Counted from the first letter of the stretch, positions 1-12,714 are shown. The stretch: DNA of 64,000 nucleotides from an uncultured delta proteobacterium (GCA_963782055.1 CAWAIF010000003.1:5856001-5920000), one strand, 5' to 3'. Notes: generated from the letters alone by a model not told the origin. Translations and numbers: made by a program.

Positions 1-1
1 C

Positions 2-1192
2 GGCAACAACGCGCACATCGTCATCGACACCGTCTCGCAGAAGCCGTGGAACGACTACGGCCCGGTGCTCGACAACGTGCGCGCGGTCCCCGGCGTGCAG
101 GGCGCCACCCCGGTGGTCAACGGGGAGGTGATGATCTCCAGCGCGTCCAACATCGCCGGCGTGATCGTCCGCGGCATCGACCCGAAGACGATCGGCAACG
201 TGATCGACCTGGAGAGCAACATCGAGGTCGGCAAGTTCCACTACCTGGAGGACCCTGACCTCTTGCGTCACCTGCCCCCCGACGAGGTGATCGGCATAGG
301 CTCCCACGGAGACGAGTACCGCAAGGGGTCGGATCTCACGCTCTTACCCGACGACCTGGACCCCTCCGTGCGCGCGGCGATCGACACCGCGCCTCCCCTG
401 CGGCCGGGGATCATCATCGGCCGCGAGCTCTCGCACACGCTCCACGTCTACGTCGGCGACGAGGTCACCCTCGTCTCCCCGATGGGCGACCTGGGGCCGA
501 TGGGCGTGATGCCGCGCACCAAGAAGTTCCGCGTGGCCGCCATCTTCTACAGCGGGATGTACGAGTACGACGCCACCCACGTCTACACGCTGATCGACGT
601 CGCGCAGCAGTACTTCTCGATGGACCACAAGATCTCCGCCATCGACGTGAAGGTGAAGGACGCCGAGAACGCCGACCAGCTCACCCCCCTGGTCACCGCG
701 GCGGCCAACCGGCCGGATCTCCGCGTGCGCGACTGGCGAGAGATGAACAGGAACCTCTTCTCCGCTCTGAAGCTGGAGCGGCTCGCCACCTTCATCATCC
801 TCTCGCTGGCCATCATCGTCGCGAGCTTCTGCATCATATGTACGCTGCTCTTGATGGTGACCGAGAAGGGCAAGGAGATCGCCGTGCTCAAGGCGCTCGG
901 GGCGAGCGACGGGGACATCCTGCGCACCTTCATGATCGAGGGGATCATCATAGGCGGCATAGGCACCGCCTTCGGCGTGGCGACGGGGCTGGCGCAGTGC
1001 GCGGGGCTCGCCTGGTTCGGCCTGCGGCTGGACCCGGAGGTCTATTACATCGACAGGCTCCCGGTGCACGTGAGCGGGTGGGACTTCCTCTCCGTCGCGG
1101 TGGCGGCGATGATCATCTGCACGCTGGCGACAATCTACCCCGCGTACGCGGCGTCGAAGCTCCGCCCTGTCGAGGGGCTCCGGTACGAGTAG
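2..1192 (+). CDS. lolE: Lipoprotein-releasing ABC transporter permease LolC/E (5'-truncated by window edge)
   Basis: Frame is open from base 2. MacB-like periplasmic segment (GVIVRGID, IIIGRELS, FYSGMYEYD) and FtsX C-terminus (DWREMNRNLFSALKLE, EKGKEIAVLKALGA, YYIDRLP, ATIYPAYAAS..PVEGLRYE). Confidence 0.9.
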   Translation, partial: GNNAHIVIDTVSQKPWNDYGPVLDNVRAVPGVQGATPVVNGEVMISSASNIAGVIVRGIDPKTIGNVIDLESNIEVGKFHYLEDPDLLRHLPPDEVIGIGSHGDEYRKGSDLTLLPDDLDPSVRAAIDTAPPLRPGIIIGRELSHTLHVYVGDEVTLVSPMGDLGPMGVMPRTKKFRVAAIFYSGMYEYDATHVYTLIDVAQQYFSMDHKISAIDVKVKDAENADQLTPLVTAAANRPDLRVRDWREMNRNLFSALKLERLATFIILSLAIIVASFCIICTLLLMVTEKGKEIAVLKALGASDGDILRTFMIEGIIIGGIGTAFGVATGLAQCAGLAWFGLRLDPEVYYIDRLPVHVSGWDFLSVAVAAMIICTLATIYPAYAASKLRPVEGLRYE

Positions 1193-1223
1193 CGAACGCC
1201 GGCCGGGCGCGACGACGGCGCGC

Positions 1224-2552
<1,329 letters not shown>

Positions 2553-2633
2553 CGCGAGAAGATCGTGGTCACTCCGAGCGGCCCGCGCAACGCCTCGCCG
2601 CGCTCGAGCCGGCGCCGTACGGATGGGCTGAAG

Positions 2634-2682
2634 TGTTCAAACCTCGAACAATCCGCCTCCAGCGCTGAGCAGAAGTCGAACA
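2634..2682. promoter_or_regulatory. Tandem palindromic enhancer-like sites (TGTTC-N7-GAACA and TGAGC-N7-GAACA)
   Basis: Perfect inverted repeat at 2634-2650 and an imperfect copy at 2666-2682, 32 bp apart, lying between the divergent activator and the DUF1592 operon. Confidence 0.55.
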
Positions 2683-2753
2683 GATCGATGCCGTAAATCC
2701 TCGCAATCTGGTGCGCGCGGCGCCGGATCGCTTCCTGCTTGGACCCCCCCCAC

Positions 2754-4385
2754 ATGCGAAGCGCTACCGTTTGGGGGTTGGCGATGGCGCTCGCCGTGTC
2801 GGCTTGCTACATGGGCACCGGCTCGTCGAGCGACAGCAACGCCGCGAACGACCCCAACGACCCCTCCTCATCGGCGGCGACCAACCCCGGCCTGTCTCCC
2901 CTCCGTCGCCTCACCAACGACGAGTACGACCGCACCGTCGCCGACCTGCTCGGTGACACCACGGCGCCGGCGCAGAACTTCCCCGGCCCCACGACGACCA
3001 CCGCCGGCTACGACACCTACGCGAGCGGCCTCGGCGTGAGCTCCACGCACGCGGAGGACTACCTCGACGCCGCCGAGGCGCTCGCCACGCAGGCCGTCAA
3101 GGACCTGCCCGGGCTGCTCGGCTGCGACCCCGCGTCGAAGGGCGAGCAGACGTGCACGCAGAGCTTCGTCACCAGCTTCGGCGAGCGCGCGTTCCGGCGC
3201 CCGCTGACGGACGCCGAGGTCACGCGCTTCGTGGGGCTCGAGGCGACCGAGCGCGCGAACCACTCGTACGCCGACTCCATCCGCCTGGTGCTCGAGGCGT
3301 TCCTGATGTCGCCGGCGTTCCTGTACCGCGTCGAGATCGGCCAGCCGGGCGCCCCCGGTTCGCTGGTCAAGCTCACCTCGTGGGAGATGGCGTCGCGCCT
3401 GTCGTACCTCCTCATCGGGTCCATGCCCGACGCGGAGCTCTTCCGCGCCGCGGCCGCCGACGAGCTCACCGACCCGGCGAACATCCAGGCGCAGGCGCGC
3501 CGGCTCCTCGCCGACCCGCGCGCCCAGGACGCGTTCGATCGCTTCGTCGACCAGTGGCTGGAGCTGCGCAACATCCAGAGCATGCAGAAGGAGGCCTCGG
3601 CCTTCCCGGGCTACGACCCGAGCCTCGCCCCGCTGATGAAGCAGGAGGCCAACCTCCTCGTCGACAGCGTGGTCTGGAGCGGCGACGGTGACGCGCGGAA
3701 GCTCTTCTCCACCGACTACACCTTCGTCAACGGGCCCCTCGCAGCCTACTACGGGATCCCCGGGGTCACCGGCGATGCGTTCACCCAGGTGGCGCTCGAC
3801 CCCACCGAGCGCAAGGGCGTGCTCACGCTGCCCGGCGTGATGGCCGCCCACGCGAAGACGACGCAGACGCTCCCGGCTCGTCGCGGCAAGTTCATCCTGC
3901 TGAAGATCTTCTGCCTCGCCGTCGGAGATCCGCCTCCGAACGCGACCGCCGTCGCGCCGCACCGCGATCCGTCGATGACCGCCCGCCAGTACTTCACCCT
4001 GGTGGAGCAACAGAGCGCCTGCGGCGGCTGTCACAAGGTGCTCGACGGCATCGGCTTCGGCCTGGAGAACTACGACGCGGTCGGCAAGTGGCGCACCAGC
4101 GACGAGGGCAGCCCGATCGACCCGACGGGGCAGGTCATGGGCACCGACGTGGACGGCAACTACACCGGCGGGGTGGGCCTGACCGACCTGGTCGCGAAGA
4201 GCCCGCAGGTCATGAGCTGCATGGCCAGGCAGTTCTTCCGGTTCGCCACGGGCCGCCCGGAGACCGACGCCGACACCCACTCGCTCGCCGAGCTCGGCGC
4301 CGCGTTCACCGCGCACGGCTTCGACGCGCGCGAGCTCATCATCGCCTCCACGCAGACCGACGCCTTTCTCTACAGGACCAAATGA
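2754..4385 (+). CDS. DUF1587/DUF1595/DUF1592/DUF1588/DUF1585 family lipoprotein with one CxxCH
   Basis: Lipobox VSAC; LRRLTNDEYDRTVADL; FGERAFRRPL; SPAFLYRVE; WEMASRLSYLL..SMPD; CGGCH followed by GFGLENYDAVGKWR. Confidence 0.88.
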   Translation: MRSATVWGLAMALAVSACYMGTGSSSDSNAANDPNDPSSSAATNPGLSPLRRLTNDEYDRTVADLLGDTTAPAQNFPGPTTTTAGYDTYASGLGVSSTHAEDYLDAAEALATQAVKDLPGLLGCDPASKGEQTCTQSFVTSFGERAFRRPLTDAEVTRFVGLEATERANHSYADSIRLVLEAFLMSPAFLYRVEIGQPGAPGSLVKLTSWEMASRLSYLLIGSMPDAELFRAAAADELTDPANIQAQARRLLADPRAQDAFDRFVDQWLELRNIQSMQKEASAFPGYDPSLAPLMKQEANLLVDSVVWSGDGDARKLFSTDYTFVNGPLAAYYGIPGVTGDAFTQVALDPTERKGVLTLPGVMAAHAKTTQTLPARRGKFILLKIFCLAVGDPPPNATAVAPHRDPSMTARQYFTLVEQQSACGGCHKVLDGIGFGLENYDAVGKWRTSDEGSPIDPTGQVMGTDVDGNYTGGVGLTDLVAKSPQVMSCMARQFFRFATGRPETDADTHSLAELGAAFTAHGFDARELIIASTQTDAFLYRTK

Positions 4386-5743
4386 GACGAAAAACGATGG
4401 ATCGACGCGCCTTCTTGCGGGGCGCGGGGGGACTTCTCGTTGCGCTCCCCATGCTCGAGTCGCTCGGCTGCGGCACCTCCTCCTCGCCGAGCGAACAGGT
4501 CGGCTCTCAGGGCCAGCGCCTGGACGTGGACAAGCGGCTGGTCATGTTCTTCACGCCGTACGGCACCGCGCCGGACACCTTCTTCCCCTCCGGCGGCACC
4601 GAGACCAACTTCAACCTGACGCCGCAGCTCGCGCCGCTGGCCGCCCACCAGAAGGACCTGCTCATCCTGGAGGACATCGATCTGGTGCCCTTCGTCAAGC
4701 AGAACATCCAGTTCGTCGGCCACGGCGCGCCCTACTACTACGTCATCGGTGGGTGGCCGATCTTCCAGGGCGACACCACGCCTGGCCCCGGCGGGATCTC
4801 CCTCGACCAGAAGATCGCGCAGGCCATCGGCCAGAGCTCGCGCCTGCAGTCGCTCCCGCTCGACATCGGCAACAGCAGCCAGGGCTTCTACGGCACCCTC
4901 TCCTTCACCGGCGCGAACCAGCCGCTCCCGGCGATGCGCGACCCGGTGGCCGCGTTCAACAAGGTGTTCGCCGGGTTCAACGTGGACCCGTCCGTCCTGC
5001 AGGCCATCCACGCCGAGCGCAAGAGCGTGCTCGACTTCGTGATGGACGACTACGGCACGCTGAGCACCTCGGTGAGCGGCGCGGACAAGCAGCTCGTCGA
5101 CTACCACATGCAGTCGATCCGCGACCTGGAGACCCGCCTGGACAACCTCGCCGGCGCGCAGGCGGTGTGCACCGTCCCCACGCTGAAGAATCCCCCGCGG
5201 GACCTCGGCACGTGGGAGCAGGGCTGCGGCCCCGACTTCTACGCCATCGCCGAGTTTCACATGGAGCTCGTCGCGCTGGCGCTGGCCTGCGACATCACGC
5301 GCGTCGCCACGCTCTCCTGGCAGTCGGAGATGACCTTCGACAGCTCGCTCGTCGGCATCGAGCCCAACATGGCGGCGCTGCAGATCGACTCGCACCTCGC
5401 CTCGCACAACGACTGGACGAAGTTCGGCACCATCGTGACGTGGTACGCCGCGCGCTACGCCGAGCTGATCCAGAAGCTCAAGGACCGCAACGTCTTCGAC
5501 AAGTCCCTCCTGGTGTGGTTCTCGGAGAACGGCGCGGTCCGCGGCAGCCACTCGCCCTACGGCATGCCGTACGTGCTCGCGGGCAGCGCGGGCGGCGCCT
5601 TCAAGACCGGACGCCACCTCAAGTGCGGCCACCGGCCGCCGAACGACGTCAACGTCTCCATCCAAAACGCCTTCGGCATCACCGACAAAGTCTTCGGCGA
5701 CCCGAGCGCGTGCACCGGCCCCATCACCGCGCTCAACGCCTAG
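4382..5743 (+). CDS. DUF1552 family Tat-exported protein
   Basis: ATGA overlap with the upstream stop (alternative ATG at 4397). Tat motif RRAFLRGAGG..LPMLES; SLDQKIAQ; RKSVLDFV; ALACDITRVAT; PYVLAGSAGG.FKTGR. Usual partner of DUF1592 genes. Confidence 0.88.
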   Translation: MRRKTMDRRAFLRGAGGLLVALPMLESLGCGTSSSPSEQVGSQGQRLDVDKRLVMFFTPYGTAPDTFFPSGGTETNFNLTPQLAPLAAHQKDLLILEDIDLVPFVKQNIQFVGHGAPYYYVIGGWPIFQGDTTPGPGGISLDQKIAQAIGQSSRLQSLPLDIGNSSQGFYGTLSFTGANQPLPAMRDPVAAFNKVFAGFNVDPSVLQAIHAERKSVLDFVMDDYGTLSTSVSGADKQLVDYHMQSIRDLETRLDNLAGAQAVCTVPTLKNPPRDLGTWEQGCGPDFYAIAEFHMELVALALACDITRVATLSWQSEMTFDSSLVGIEPNMAALQIDSHLASHNDWTKFGTIVTWYAARYAELIQKLKDRNVFDKSLLVWFSENGAVRGSHSPYGMPYVLAGSAGGAFKTGRHLKCGHRPPNDVNVSIQNAFGITDKVFGDPSACTGPITALNA

Positions 5744-5748
5744 GGAAC

Positions 5749-6624
5749 ATGAAACAAAGCATCGCCTCCGCCCTCGCCATCCCTCTCGTCCTCGTCGCCT
5801 GCAGCGGCGGCCCCGACGCCGGCATGCCCCCGGGCCCCGCCCCCGGCGGCGATCCGGGCGGCCCGGCCGCCGACGCCGGCACCTCCACCTCCCCGGACGC
5901 GTCGGCGCCGGACGCATCGCCTGCCGGCGACGCCGGCGTGGACGCGGCCCCGTCCGACGCCGGCAGCGACTCCGGCGGCGGCATCCACCTCGCCGGGACG
6001 CCCACGATCATGGAGTTCGGCGACTCCATCACGGCCGCCACCTGCTGGCGCGCGCGGTTCTGGGAGGACCTGGAGAAGGGCGGGCACAAGAACTTCCAGG
6101 TCGTGGGCTCGCAGGACACCAGCGGTGACTGCAGCGACCCGAAGTACGACGGCCACAACGAAGGCCACTCCGGCTACCTCGTCACCGACCTGGCCAACGA
6201 GGGCCCCGGCGGCGAGATGGACCAGTGGTTCTCCGCCAGCCCGCCGGACGTCCTGCTCATGCACATGGGGACGAACGACGTGTGGAACAAGATCCCGACG
6301 ACCACGATCCTGGACGCCTACGGCACCGCGATCGACACCGTGCGCAAGTACTCGCCGAAGGTCGTCATCCTGCTCGCCCAGATCATCCCGATGAACCCGT
6401 CGAACTGCTCGGTCTGCGCCGCCGGCGTCCAGAAGCTGGACGCGGCGATCCCGGCCTGGGCCGCGGCCAAGAGCACGAAGAGCTCGCCCATCGTGCTGGT
6501 CGACCAGTTCACCGGCTTCAACGACGCCAAGGACACCATCGACGGCGTGCACCCCAACGACGCCACCGGCTCGCAGAAGGTGGCCGACAGGTGGTACGCG
6601 ACGCTGGCGCCCATGCTGCCGTGA
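5749..6624 (+). CDS. SGNH/GDSL hydrolase lipoprotein (carbohydrate esterase-like)
   Basis: Lipobox LVAC, Pro/Ala/Asp linker, then blocks FGDSIT, NEGHSG, HMGTND and DGVHPN. Confidence 0.88.
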   Translation: MKQSIASALAIPLVLVACSGGPDAGMPPGPAPGGDPGGPAADAGTSTSPDASAPDASPAGDAGVDAAPSDAGSDSGGGIHLAGTPTIMEFGDSITAATCWRARFWEDLEKGGHKNFQVVGSQDTSGDCSDPKYDGHNEGHSGYLVTDLANEGPGGEMDQWFSASPPDVLLMHMGTNDVWNKIPTTTILDAYGTAIDTVRKYSPKVVILLAQIIPMNPSNCSVCAAGVQKLDAAIPAWAAAKSTKSSPIVLVDQFTGFNDAKDTIDGVHPNDATGSQKVADRWYATLAPMLP

Positions 6625-6640
6625 CCGCGGGGCTAGCCTC

Positions 6641-8341
6641 TCACTTCGGCGGGGGCGGCGGGGGGATGTCCACCACGCGCAGGTCCAGGCCGCCCGGGTA
6701 CATGTAGCTGGTGCGCGACCCGTACCCGTAGACCACCACGCCGAAGGGGTACTTGCCGTGGATCTCGTGCCCCTCGTTCTGCCCGGTGAGCTGCACGTGC
6801 GCGGTGGAGAAGGGCTGCCCGCCGACGCCGGTGAAGCTCCCCTGCGGGATGTCGGTGCCGTCCAGGGTGATGGTGTTGCCGTTGGGCGTGATGACGTCCA
6901 CCCAGTTCTCCGAGTACGTCTTGGGCGCGAGGAAGGTGTAGGTCGAGCGGTACTGCTGCAGCGGGATGGCGGGGGACTCGCTCGGGTCGCCCAGGTCGGG
7001 GTTGGGGTCGCCGGCGTCGGCCGGCCAGTTGGCGTACTCGCCCTGCAGGTACTCGACCACGTTGACGCGCCCGTTCGCCACGATGGCGAAGCTCTGGTCG
7101 ACGTCCGGGAGCTCCAGGACATCGCCGGTGTTGAGCACGCCGCCGTTGCGCCCGGAGACCGGCGGGTCGAAGGCGACGAGGGTGTTGTCGTACAGGCCCA
7201 TGATGCGGACCCACACGTGCTCGCCGTGCGGCGTCTTCGGCAAGGAGACGATGAACTGCGTGCCCAGCGTCTGCACGGGGAACATGGAGGACTCCACGTG
7301 GTCGCACGCGCGCTTCGACTCCGGGATGAAGGTGCACCCGTGGCCGCCGTAGGTCATGACCGGCTTGTCCGCGCGGATGATCGACCCGGAGAGGTCGGAG
7401 GCGTACTTGGCCTGGTGCACGTCCCCCAGCTCGGAGAACATCTCCAGCACGTCGCCCTTGTCGAGCGTGTAGGTGTAGTTGTCCCCGCGGATCATCACCG
7501 GCGGCCCCGCGTCCGGCACGCCCTGCACCTGCGAGGCCGGGTACACCGTCACCTTGGTGGCGTCCTCCGTCGCGGTGACCGTCATGAACCCCGGCGTGCT
7601 GCCGAAGGACGGCCACGCCATGACGCCGTAGTCGCCGGTCACCACCGTGGCCGGCAAGAGGAGCGAGGCGTCGTTGGAGTAGGAGTAGCAGTGCGGGCCG
7701 GCCCCGCTGTCGCCGTAGCCGGGGCACCCCGCGCCCGCGTCGATCTCGTACTCCAGCGCGGAGAACTGGTAGACGCTGACGGGCAGGTCGGTCGTCAGGT
7801 GGTAGGCCGCCTTGGGCACGATGCGGCTCGGCCCCGGGTCGACGACGGCGGTGTTCTGGTCGAAGTCGGGGCCCTTGAGCGCGGTGACCCACGGCAAGGT
7901 GATGGCCTGCACCGCGCTGGGCTGCACCTGCACCGTCAGCGGCTGCGCGAGCGCCCCGCCGGTGACGGTGACGGTGACCACCTTCGTCTGCGGGTTGGAC
8001 ACCGCGACGGCGTAGTCGAACTTCTGCCACACCGGGTTGAGGGTGACCGTCGGCCAGTAGTCGCAGCCGATGTAGCTGTTGCGCTGCTTGGACTCGTCGC
8101 ACGTCTCGGGGATGGGCGAGACCGTCCCGACGTCGGTGCCGATGTTGACGTCGCCGAAGTTCTGGTTGGCGTCGTCCAGGTTGCCTGCGTCGACGGTGCC
8201 GTCGTTGCCGCCGCTGGCGTCCGGGACGACCTGGTTCTGGCCGTTGTCGTCGCCGCCGCAGGCGAGGAAGGTGGCGCCCGCCGCGCCGAAGGCGGCGACC
8301 ACGGCCGCCGCGAGGACCAGACGCTTGTGGAGCTTGATCAT
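6641..8341 (-). CDS. IgGFc-binding-domain lipoprotein
   Basis: Lipobox FLAC; SYIGCDYWPT; YSNDASLLLP; DLSGSIIRADKPV; CDHVESSMFP; QYRSTYTFLAP; PFGVVVYGYG..SYMYPGG. Confidence 0.8.
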   Translation of the reverse strand: MIKLHKRLVLAAAVVAAFGAAGATFLACGGDDNGQNQVVPDASGGNDGTVDAGNLDDANQNFGDVNIGTDVGTVSPIPETCDESKQRNSYIGCDYWPTVTLNPVWQKFDYAVAVSNPQTKVVTVTVTGGALAQPLTVQVQPSAVQAITLPWVTALKGPDFDQNTAVVDPGPSRIVPKAAYHLTTDLPVSVYQFSALEYEIDAGAGCPGYGDSGAGPHCYSYSNDASLLLPATVVTGDYGVMAWPSFGSTPGFMTVTATEDATKVTVYPASQVQGVPDAGPPVMIRGDNYTYTLDKGDVLEMFSELGDVHQAKYASDLSGSIIRADKPVMTYGGHGCTFIPESKRACDHVESSMFPVQTLGTQFIVSLPKTPHGEHVWVRIMGLYDNTLVAFDPPVSGRNGGVLNTGDVLELPDVDQSFAIVANGRVNVVEYLQGEYANWPADAGDPNPDLGDPSESPAIPLQQYRSTYTFLAPKTYSENWVDVITPNGNTITLDGTDIPQGSFTGVGGQPFSTAHVQLTGQNEGHEIHGKYPFGVVVYGYGSRTSYMYPGGLDLRVVDIPPPPPPK

Positions 8342-9690
8342 CGCGCCGTCACCGGGTTGTTGATGCTGGCCGAGCCCCAGCGGAAGTTGTCCAGGTTCAC
8401 CGCCGAATCGAGGATGCCGTCACCCTCGTCGAAGATGATGAAGCTGATGGTGAAGGTCTCCCCCGCCTGGATGGGCGCCGTCGTCTTCAGCCAGTCCGTC
8501 GCGCCGCTGCCCTTGTTCAGGTTGCCGACCGTCTGCGAGGTCTTGCCGTACTTGATCTCGTAGCCGGTGCCGTTCAGCGTGGAGAGCGGCTTGGTGCACG
8601 TGTGCGTGTAGCCGAGGTTGTCGCCGCCGGTCACGTCGTTGCAGTCCTGGAAGAAGCCGTTGTTGACGTTGATGCGCGCATTGTTCGGGTCGAACGCGAT
8701 CTCGTACGGCGTCTGGTACTTCTGCGAGGTCAGCATGGCGAGGAAGGTGTCGTTGAAGCCCTGGCACGCGTAGGCCGGGTACTCCATCGAGAAGAAGTTG
8801 AAGTCGAAGGCGAAGGAGCCGGCGTTGACCGGCGCCGTCACCGTCAGCCGCAGCTCGCTGTAGTCGTGGATGGCCACCGTCCCCTCGTCCGCGCCCTGAC
8901 CGCACGGGTTGATGTTCTTGTTGGCCGGGAGCGGGTCGGGGTGCGTGTAGGTGTTGAGCAGGTCGGTGCCGTCGCCGGGGCGGTAGTTCGGGCTGTCGAC
9001 GAGGTCGTCGGCGATGCCGGTGGCGAGGTACGCCATGAAGCTCCCGACGTGCGGGGTGAAGTTGTTGCCCATGTGCTTGGTGAGGCGGTGGGCGCTGGCG
9101 TTGTTCGGCCCGTACCAGGTGGCGCTCACCAGCGTGGTGCAGCGCGAGTCCTTCGGCTCGCAGATGTCCATCGCGCGGGCGTAATCGGTGGCGCTCGTCC
9201 CGTGGCCGGCGGTCAGGCTGCCGTCGCAGGTGCGGCGGTTGTCGATCTGCCCGTCGCAGTCGTTGTCGATGCCGTCGGTGCCGACCGGATCGCCGGAGGC
9301 GGCGTCGGTGTCGAAGGCGCAGGGGTTGACGAGCGCGTCGTGGTCGTTGCAGTCGCCGTCGCAGGTGGTGAACCCGTCGCCGTCGTCGTCGAAGCAGTAG
9401 CTGCCGTCGCCCTTGTCGAAGCCATCGAAGGACCACGAGCCGTCCGCCGAGCCGCTGCTGCCGTCGCCCGAGCTGCTGGCGCCGTCACCCGTCTGCCCGG
9501 AGTCGCCGCCCGACTGGCCGCTGTCTCCGCCGCCGTTGCCGGTGTCCGGGAGGACGCTGCCGTCCCCGCCGCCGCTGTCTCCGCCCGCGCCGGCGTCGAA
9601 GCCGCTGCCGCTGCTGTCATCGCCGCCGCATGCCATGGCCAGCGCGAGCGGCAGCCACGGGAGCACCAGGTACAAAGTCCGCTTGCGCAT
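8338..9690 (-). CDS. Lipoprotein with Gly/Asp/Ser linker, Cys/Asp metal-binding repeat and choice-of-anchor-L-like C-terminal domain
   Basis: Start MRKRTLYL at 9690; lipobox [20 protein letters not shown] and [13 protein letters not shown]-terminal [43 protein letters not shown] overlap with the downstream gene. Confidence 0.75.
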   Translation of the reverse strand: MRKRTLYLVLPWLPLALAMACGGDDSSGSGFDAGAGGDSGGGDGSVLPDTGNGGGDSGQSGGDSGQTGDGASSSGDGSSGSADGSWSFDGFDKGDGSYCFDDDGDGFTTCDGDCNDHDALVNPCAFDTDAASGDPVGTDGIDNDCDGQIDNRRTCDGSLTAGHGTSATDYARAMDICEPKDSRCTTLVSATWYGPNNASAHRLTKHMGNNFTPHVGSFMAYLATGIADDLVDSPNYRPGDGTDLLNTYTHPDPLPANKNINPCGQGADEGTVAIHDYSELRLTVTAPVNAGSFAFDFNFFSMEYPAYACQGFNDTFLAMLTSQKYQTPYEIAFDPNNARINVNNGFFQDCNDVTGGDNLGYTHTCTKPLSTLNGTGYEIKYGKTSQTVGNLNKGSGATDWLKTTAPIQAGETFTISFIIFDEGDGILDSAVNLDNFRWGSASINNPVTAR

Positions 9691-9736
9691 GTCAGGACCC
9701 TCGGGCCGGGGCTCCAAGGGCACACCGGCGCTATCT

Positions 9737-9752
9737 AGCAATCTACCAGCCA
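9737..9752 (-). promoter_or_regulatory. sigma54 (-24/-12) promoter candidate TGGCTGGTAGATTGCT
   Basis: Matches TGGC-N7-TTGCW with exact GG-N10-GC spacing, ending 46 nt upstream of the ATG at 9690. Confidence 0.6.
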
Positions 9753-9869
9753 CCTCGAGCGCTAGGAACGGATTTTTGCACCCGCGCCAGTTTGGGGAGG
9801 CCGCCTGATGCGAGCCTCCTTGCGGCCATCCTTGCGAGAGGCGGCGATGCCGGCTACACCGCACGGCCC

Positions 9870-10664
<795 letters not shown>

Positions 10665-10714
10665 CCGGCGAGCTCAGGTGTGCCGGAGGGGCGGCCGGTT
10701 CGCCCGGCGACGCC

Positions 10715-11635
10715 CTACCACCTCACGACGACGCTCTGCGGCGTGACGTGCGCCTGGCACTGGTCCACCGTGACGACCACCGGGAGCGACTCGCTACCCG
10801 ACGCGTCCTTCGACTTCTCGTCCACCTGCGGGACAATCTGCTCGGCGCGCAGGGAGTGGGCGATGTCCGGCGGGCAGGAGAGGCGCACGTCCACGTCGGG
10901 CGGCTGCGTCTTCGCCTTGGGCTGGCCGAGCACCGCGATGGGCACCTTCTGGAAGGTACGCTCGGCGAGCTCGCGCATGACCTCGGTCGTGACCGAGACG
11001 CTGGAGGTGTCGAAGGCGATGTGGCCGGACGGCTTGTCCAGCGCGAGCTGCCGCGTGTAGGTGCCGCCGGTCAGGCCCATGACGTCGAAGGCGTCGGCGC
11101 GGGCGTGCTGCAGCAGGGAGACCTCCCCCTTCGGGCCGCGCACGCGCACCGTGGGCGGGTCGGCGACCGGGACGCCCTTGACGATGAACCCCGGCGCCGG
11201 GGTGCCGGCCAGGGTGACCTGCACCGGCAGGTCGCGCGTCACCATGTCGTCCCACACCAGGTCGATCGCCGGCGGGTCGATCTGCTCGACGTGGACGCCC
11301 GCGGGGACGTGCACCTGCGACTTGTCGAAGACCAGGCGCTTGTCCTGGCCGGTGTGGATGTCCACCTGCAGGTTGCCGATGTCGTCGGCGTGGAGGTCGT
11401 CGAGCACCTGACGCGACCCGCGCAGGGTCACCCGCACCTGCGGGGGGAGCTGCGTGACGAGCACGCGGTTGGACGTCTCCGGCGGCAGCAGCACCACCAG
11501 GTCGACCGAGATGGTGCGCTGCGCGTCCTGCGCGCCGTGCACGAGCGAGTAGAGCACCAGCGCGAACGCGAAGCTCAGGAGCTTCAGGTTCAGGTTCTCG
11601 GTGACGATCGACCAGACGCGCGCCAGGAAGCTCAA
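10715..11635 (-). CDS. cdaR: YbbR/CdaR-like regulator of diadenylate cyclase
   Basis: N-terminal ENLNLKLLSFAFALVLY transmembrane anchor; repeated YbbR-like units (PQVRVTLRG, PPTVRVRGP, PPDVDVRL); TTGA overlap with cdaA. Confidence 0.8.
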   Translation of the reverse strand: MSFLARVWSIVTENLNLKLLSFAFALVLYSLVHGAQDAQRTISVDLVVLLPPETSNRVLVTQLPPQVRVTLRGSRQVLDDLHADDIGNLQVDIHTGQDKRLVFDKSQVHVPAGVHVEQIDPPAIDLVWDDMVTRDLPVQVTLAGTPAPGFIVKGVPVADPPTVRVRGPKGEVSLLQHARADAFDVMGLTGGTYTRQLALDKPSGHIAFDTSSVSVTTEVMRELAERTFQKVPIAVLGQPKAKTQPPDVDVRLSCPPDIAHSLRAEQIVPQVDEKSKDASGSESLPVVVTVDQCQAHVTPQSVVVRW

Positions 11636-12714
11636 GAGCCCTCTCCCTCACCGCGAGAGGTGGGCGTCGGCGTGTTGACCGCCGCCGAGACGCCGGGCGT
11701 GGGTGTCTCGATCTTCTTCGCCGGGGCCATCGGTCGGGGGGGCTTGGGGTCCACCAGCGGCGCGCTCGCCTCCGCCTGGGGGACGGGCGTGAGCAGGACG
11801 GAGCCGGTGCTGCCGGAGGCCGGCACCACGCTCACGCGGATGGACCCGGTGTTGCCGGACGGCGGCGGCGCGATGCTCATCCGCGTCGAGATGGGCTCGC
11901 GCCGGCCCTTCTGGCCCTTCTTCTTGCGGGCCTGGCCGAAGAGGCCCAGCAGCGCCTGGCGGAGCGAGGCGCCGTCCAGGTTGGAGATGATGTTGCCGTT
12001 GAAGCAGAAGCTGATGGACCCGCGCTCCTCCGAGACGACGACGACGACGGCGTCGGTCTCCTCGGTGATGCCGAGGGCGGCGCGGTGGCGGGAGCCGAGC
12101 GACTTGTCGAGCACCTTCTGGTCGGGCATCGGGAAGAAGACGCCGGCCTTGGCGATGCGCAGGTTGCGGATGACGACCGCGCCGTCGTGGAGCTTGTTGA
12201 CGCCCTCCGGGACGAAGAGGCTCACCAGCAGCTCGCGCTGGACGCTGGCGTCGATCGTCGTCCCCTGCCCGACGACGAACTCGTCCAGGTTGGCGTCCTG
12301 CTCGAAGCAGATGAGCGCGCCCATGCGGTGGCGCGCGAGCTCCGTGGCCGCGGCGACGACCTCGTCCACGACGCGCGACTCCTGCTGCCGCGAGAAGCCG
12401 CCCAGGACGGCGCGCGAGCCGACGCGCATGAGGCCGCGCCGTATGTCGTTCTGGAAGACGACCACCACGATGAGGATGATCGACGACAGCAGCGTGGAGA
12501 GCAGGTTGTAGAGGGTGATGAAGCCGAAGTACTTGGAGGCGACGTAGACCAGGAAGATGACGCCCAGGCCGGCGCCCATCTGCATCGCCCGGGTGCCGCG
12601 CAGCACGAGCAGCGCGCGGTAGACGATGTACGTGACGACCATGAGGTCGACGATGTCGATCCCCACCTGCCCCCACGGGCGCGGCTTGAAGAGGTGGAGG
12701 AGGCCCTCAAGCAC
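11632..12714 (-). CDS. cdaA: Membrane diadenylate cyclase CdaA (DisA_N domain)
   Basis: Three N-terminal TM segments, VVFQNDIRRGL, catalytic LHDGAV and GSRHRAALG motifs, VVSEERG; long Pro-rich C-terminal tail. Confidence 0.93.
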   Translation of the reverse strand: MLEGLLHLFKPRPWGQVGIDIVDLMVVTYIVYRALLVLRGTRAMQMGAGLGVIFLVYVASKYFGFITLYNLLSTLLSSIILIVVVVFQNDIRRGLMRVGSRAVLGGFSRQQESRVVDEVVAAATELARHRMGALICFEQDANLDEFVVGQGTTIDASVQRELLVSLFVPEGVNKLHDGAVVIRNLRIAKAGVFFPMPDQKVLDKSLGSRHRAALGITEETDAVVVVVSEERGSISFCFNGNIISNLDGASLRQALLGLFGQARKKKGQKGRREPISTRMSIAPPPSGNTGSIRVSVVPASGSTGSVLLTPVPQAEASAPLVDPKPPRPMAPAKKIETPTPGVSAAVNTPTPTSRGEGEGS

